Shown here piece by piece: positions 58,279 to 64,000 of a DNA stretch of 64,000 bases. The DNA is taken from contig OZ076409.1 in NCBI GenBank assembly GCA_964187785.1, positions 14,386,001 through 14,450,000 of the forward strand, given 5' to 3'. Within the stretch, counting starts at the first letter, position 1; each line of letters begins with the position of its first letter. This stretch comes from Amphiscolops sp. MND2022 (Eukaryota). A program made the translations under genes and the position numbers. The notes under the pieces are model-generated. The model saw nothing but the letters and a program-made list of their open reading frames with translations. It did not search any database and had not been told where the DNA came from.

Positions 58279-61200
58279 ATGCTGGAAATCAACAACACCG
58301 AAACCAACAACACCGACCCCAACCCAATGGAAGGTGAGCCGATGACATCGGAACAGTCAACGAGAACAATAAACAACCAAACAATGGCCGAGAGAACCGA
58401 AAAAAGTAAGTACAAGATCCCAATCTTATCAGACAGAGATACCGATCTCACCAAGATTAATCCCAAGATGTGGTGGGAACGAATATCGGAGTATATCCAT
58501 CTGACTTACGACCGAAATCTAGACGAGATTACCGAAGAGGGGATCGAGTACATGGACCAACATACAGCGTACCACATAAAAGGCGACGTTATCTGGGCAC
58601 TGGGCCCAAAGGCCAAACATGAAATTATGAGAGGTCAATGGGGCCGAGAGTTAAAAGATGTCAGACTACCAGAACTGCTGACATTATTCAAAAAAACCTT
58701 CCTCCCAGCGAGAAATGTATTCCACAGCAGGGCACAATTTTTCAATATGAAACAGGAGGAAAACGAGACCCTGGATGAGTATTGGAAAAGACTGGTGGAC
58801 ATTGAAAGGAAGTGTGACTTCAACAACGTCACACCGGAAGAAATCATCACATACAAGTTTGCAGCCACCAAAAAGGACAAAAGAGCCCGTGATAAATTCA
58901 TAAAAGGCCCACTGAAAATACAATTGGTACTGGAAACCATAGAACTAGACAACTACAACAGAAAATACGGGGACAAAAAACCCAAAATCAAAAAAGTCAA
59001 AAGAAACTCCACAAGCAGCTCAACATCATCTGAACAAGTCGTCCATACTAATCAATTACGGAAGCGAAAAACACATTTCAACGAGAAACGGAAAATCTCA
59101 AACAAAAATTGCCGCTTTTGCGGGAAACCAAACTGGTCTATGGAACACGTTTGCCCAGCACGGAGATCACAATGCAAAAATTGCAAAAAGATGGGGCACT
59201 TTGCCAAAGTCTGCAAATCTAAGACCGTCAGCCGGATAACCGAAGCAGTATCCTCGGGCAGCAACACCGAATCATGGCCAGAAATTGATCACATTCAGTC
59301 CGTCAACGGTATTAATCGAGTAAATTTTTACAAAACAATTCTATTGGTCCAGGGACAACCAATAGAATTCATTATTGACACAGGCTCTCCAGTGACGATA
59401 ATCCCGCCAATTATCAATCCAAAAGAAATTAAAGCGACCTCAAAATGTTTCGTTGACATAAACAAAAATCCAATCAAATTCCAGGGGGAAGCGATGGTAG
59501 AAGTCAGAACGGAAAAAACAAAAACAATACTACCCATCCTAATTACGGAAAAGAAAAACACACAACCCCTTCTGGGATTGGACTGGCTAGACAAGCTGGA
59601 AATCGGATTACAAAGAAATCTGGAAACAAACATCATCCGAAACATAACCGCAAGTGAAAAAGGTGAGAAAATTTTCAAAGAATTTGAAAACCTTTTTAAA
59701 AACAACCACACAATAAAAGACCTGACAATAGACATTCAGTTGAAAAAAGACACAAAAACTATCCAACAAAAGGGGAGACCGGTACCCATACACTTTCAAA
59801 ACATTGTAAAAAACGAGCTAAAAAAATTAATTGAAAAAGGACACCTGGAAAAAGCCGATAAAACGACCGAAAATTGTTTCGTTTCACCCGCGGTTATAAC
59901 GATCAAAAAAGATAAATCAGTAAAAATCGCACTAGATTTAAGGAAACTAAACGAATCCTGCATAAAAAGAAAGGCAACAATGCCAAACATGGAAGAACTA
60001 ATCAACAAAATATCCGCAAAAATCACAAAAAACAACGGCGAGATATGGATGTCCAAAATCGACCTAGATTATGCTTATGGACAGGCAAAACTTTCTCCAG
60101 AAGCGTCACGACATTGCGTGTTTTCAATTATCGGCGGTGATTTTACCGGACTCTACCGATTTAAAAAGGGATTTTACGGACTATCGGATATTCCCACCGT
60201 GTTTCAAGAACATATCGATAAAGTCCTAGAATTCAAAACACCAGTCTGGCTAGATGACATCATTTGTGTCACCAACGGAACAATAGAAAAACACGAAGAA
60301 GAATTACGCAAAATACTGTCGAAACTACAAGAAAACAGTTACCGAGCGAGCGAGAAAAAGACAGAACTGTTTAAAAAAGAACTAACCTGGTTGCGGAACT
60401 AACCTGGATACGAAATAAACCAAAACGGAGTAAAACCAATTAAAGATAAAACAGAAGCGAAAACGAAATTGAAAGCACCCACAAACACCAAGGAACTGAA
60501 ATCATTTCTGGGCTCGATACAACACTTATCAAAATTTTTGAACAATCTATCCAAAAAACAGAAAGAATGAGAAGACTGCTGAAAAAGATACAAAATGGGA
60601 ATGGACAAAAGAAATAAATGACTATTTCAAACAATTAAAAAAGGAAATAACGGAAGCACCATGCTTAGCACACTTTGATCCAAAAAAAGATAATTTTATA
60701 ACAACTGATGCATGTAATACCGGATTAGGGGCAACCCTATGGCAATAAGAGGATGAAAACTTCAGGCCAATAGCCTTTGCCAGCAGATTTCTCACTGATT
60801 GTGAAAGAAAATACGCCATAAACGAACTGGAAATCCTAGGCGTCTTATGGGGCCTCGAATATTTCAGGTATTACGTATACGGAAAAAAAGTAAACCTCCT
60901 GACCGATCATCAAGCGTTAAAACCATTACTAAAGCGCAATCGAGCCCATAAACAATACAGTGCAAGACTCACACGGTGGTTAGACCGTCTGAGCCATTTC
61001 GATGTGAATGTGCAATACACCGCAGGCAAGAACATCCCACTAACGGACTACCTAAGCCGACATCCGATACTCACTGAACGCCAAGCGGAAACATCATGCG
61101 AGAACGAAGAAAAAGAAGCCGAAGAGGAATTCGTAATAAATCAGATATACGGCTTATTCGAGTTCAATCGCACGAACGGTAGTATTACGCAACACATCCA

Positions 61201-63663
61201 ACGACAGTCATCGGCAACAAAATCCGACCAATCACAACGCACAAAACAAACACGTGAACAAACCAACAACAGAGACTCAATCCAAACTTTCTCACCGCGA
61301 AACAGCATTGAACCGTCAAACAACACAAACTTTGAGAATAAAATACAGCGAATGTCAAAAATGGATAAAGTCAATGGAATTGACATCGAATTCATTTTCA
61401 AAAAACGGGGACATTCTCCATAAACAAACAAACTTCGCTCCGAAAGAAATAAAATCCTACAACCTAATCGCACCAGAATCGTAGGAAAAGGCAGCGAAAA
61501 CGAACGCATACAACAGTATCGTCCTTCGCAACAAGACAGGAAAGAAATCGAACGAATCAACATAATGATTTACAATCGATTCTTCAATTATTGCGAAAGC
61601 CTGGGGACTACACCCCTGAGAGAATTCAACGAAAACATTCACGAATCCTGGATTATTGTATCCTCCGACAACGAAAGCCAAATCAGCCACCTAAAAACGG
61701 AGAAATGCCCAACAAACATTTTGAAAAAATTCAAAAAACACGAAAGTGTCAACTTAATCCGACTAAAACAAACCGCCAAACGAAATACGCTGCCAGAAGA
61801 CAGAAATGAAAAAACGGCAGAGATGAATAAAAAGGCCGAAAGAGAATTCGCAAGGGATCTGCCAATGCTGGTTGAAGAAACGGCACAAGATACCAAGATA
61901 TTAGACGCTATTATCGCCCTAGAAACTGAGAATCGCGACGGCATCTTTTATCCATATCGCCCACACCGCGAACATCTTGAAACTCGCTTCGGATTACATT
62001 TTTACAATGACCGTATAGTTATCCCAGAAGCGATGAGACCGACGATTATCACCATGCTACACAACGGACATGTATCAACAAACAAGATGGACAAGTCCGC
62101 GGAGGCTTTCTGGTGGCCGGGCATCCACCGTGAGATTTGAGACAAAGCCGAGAATTGCCCCAGCTGCCGAATCGCAGGTAAGAACTTAAAAACACAAATA
62201 CCGCAATCGGAGATAAATAGACTCGAAATTTTAACTGAACCCGGACAAGAAATCCAGATGGACTTCGCCGGCCCGATAAGATCAAAATCACGCGGAAACG
62301 TCTATATTTTAGTTGCAATCGACCGTTTTAGCAAATGGCCAACGGCCCAAATTTGTAAAAACACGGACTCTCAAACCGTAATAAAGTTTTTAATAAAATA
62401 TTGTGCCGATAACGGAACGCCACAAACCATACGTACCGACAACGGTAGTTGCTTTAAAAGCAAAGAATTCAAAGACTACTGCAATGGCGAAAACATTACA
62501 AGAATACGGTGCACACCGAATTTACATACGGGAACCGGATTGGTCGAAAGAACTAGTTAAGTCGCAATTGTTAAGAACACAATTAAGTCGCTAACTAGAG
62601 CTAATTTAGAAGACAATTTAACTTTTGAAGAGAGTGTCAACAAGGCATTAAAACCATTAAGCAAACACAACACAGCACTCTGAAAATGACACCTTTCCAA
62701 TTACACTACGGGAGAAAACCACGCACGCCAATAACCAATCTGATTGGCCAACCAAATTGCCTATTAGCGAATTGGAAGAAAACACTAACAAATTACATTT
62801 TAGCCCAACCTGCCGAATTACAAGTCTTTACGATACACGACTCAGATGGAGAACTGGCCGATTACTTGATACTCAATGAGTCAAGAAAGAGGGGACGATC
62901 GGTAAGGGACAGTTTTAAAAATTACCAATTCTTCGAAAAGGAAAACAAACCCAATGCACTAAAATGTAGATTCAAAACGGATAAAATTTTAACTGCAGCC
63001 AGAGAGACCAAACATACCATAACAACTACGGATGATAAAATCATCCATAAGAAACTGGCATCTAACCCTTTAAAATATCAGCCACTGAAGAAAAACGAGG
63101 AGACCAGAAAACCGACCAAACGGTGCACAAGATGTGGACGATTCAGTAATGGAGAATTATGCGACACCCACAAAAGGATAAAATCAGAGCTACAAAGACA
63201 ATCGACCAGCTCGGAAACGTTCCCAATGATGCCCGCCAACCAGACCAAAAAAATCACGGATGTCACCATAATCTCCGATAGTCAGTCATCTCAAGCGGAA
63301 GAACCACCGCTCACGGACAATACCGACACTGAAATCACCGTCACGGCAGACATAAAGTACAATACCAGTAACACGGACGGGACAGTGGCCAAATCGAAGG
63401 AAAGCCAAACACCCGAAATCCTACCACCCATCAGTTGCAGTACGGAACTGGCACAACACCGTACCAACAAGGACCCTGACCAAACCCCAACTGGATCACC
63501 ACAAAAAGACTCAAATTCAGCAAATAAAGGTGTAGTAGAATTTAATATAGAGGTTGAGGAGAACAAGCCAAAAATCGTAGAGGGGGGAAAAGGGATCCGT
63601 AGATACAATAGAATCAAAAACGCAAAAAGAGTTAATAAAATGGGTGGCATAGAATATTTTTGA
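58279..63663 (+). pseudogene. gag-pol: Disrupted gag-pol of the Mag-like Gypsy element
   Basis: Motifs: double knuckle CRFCGK...HVCPA...CKNCKKMGHFAKVC, PR FIIDTGSP, RT WLDD, RH TTDACNTGLGA, IN QMDFAGP/TDNG/GLVER. Lesions: stops near 60746, 61421 and 62138, frameshifts near 60555 and 62650, and duplication-type insertions near 60395 and 62555. Confidence 0.92.
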
Positions 63664-63810
63664 CAACTCTCGAACTATTCTAGATCCAAAGCCAAAAAGA
63701 CAGAAGAAGATCGTACACGTCATCCGGAACACAGTCAACATACAGAAGGCCGGAAACAAGAACGCCTGAGACATTCAAGAATAGTTCCCACAATCCCGAA
63801 GAGGGGGGAA

Positions 63811-64000
63811 TGTAGAGGTGAAAGTTACATAGTCTAGACAGACTTAATTGAACATTTAAGTACCTGCCTATGAACTATAAAGTACATCCTCATCATTTAG
63901 TAGTTGCCTTCGATGCTATATGGATAGATACTGATACTCTAGTACTCTTTGCTATAGAGAACATTCTCTTCTTAATTTGAACTTCTTAATTCTATCTTTT
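63811..64000 (+). repeat. 3' LTR (partial)
   Basis: Direct repeat of 58051-58240. Confidence 0.95.

Larger units (their letters stand above)
58051..64000 (+). mobile_element. Decayed Ty3/Gypsy (Mag-like) LTR retrotransposon; 3' LTR cut by the window end
   Basis: LTR 58051-58253 (TGTAGA...TCTACA) is repeated from 63811. PBS TGGCGCAGTC, PPT GAAGAGGGGGGAA (63798-63810), and gag-pol motifs are present. Confidence 0.95.

Overview
AT-rich eukaryotic DNA, probably from an invertebrate animal, made up almost entirely of transposable elements. I could not identify any host protein-coding gene with confidence. Main contents: (1) the 3' end of a Ty3/Gypsy LTR element at 1-1172; (2) a complete 6.46-kb Bel/Pao LTR retrotransposon (12627-19089) with an extra intact SGNH/GDSL esterase-like ORF upstream of gag; (3) a very young, apparently intact 19.1-kb Ty3/Gypsy element (28935-48032); (4) a solo LTR (54059-54856) and an inverted 5' fragment (about 55700-56608) of relatives of that lineage; (5) a decayed Mag-like Gypsy element (58051 to the window end); (6) Helentron/DINE-like non-autonomous elements, a hAT-type MITE and other repeats. 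The 19-kb element is the best candidate for an undescribed system. It has a 3-kb leader and a single ~3220-aa Gag-Pol with a duplicated protease fold, AT-hooks and C-terminal TARG1/Poa1p-like macrodomain(s). It also has a ~1360-aa non-env ORF2 containing a degenerate SGNH fold, apparent 3-bp target-site duplications, and a PBS displaced 16 nt from the LTR. SGNH-fold accessory proteins therefore appear in two unrelated LTR superfamilies in this window. All domain calls are by-eye motif recognition, not database searches.
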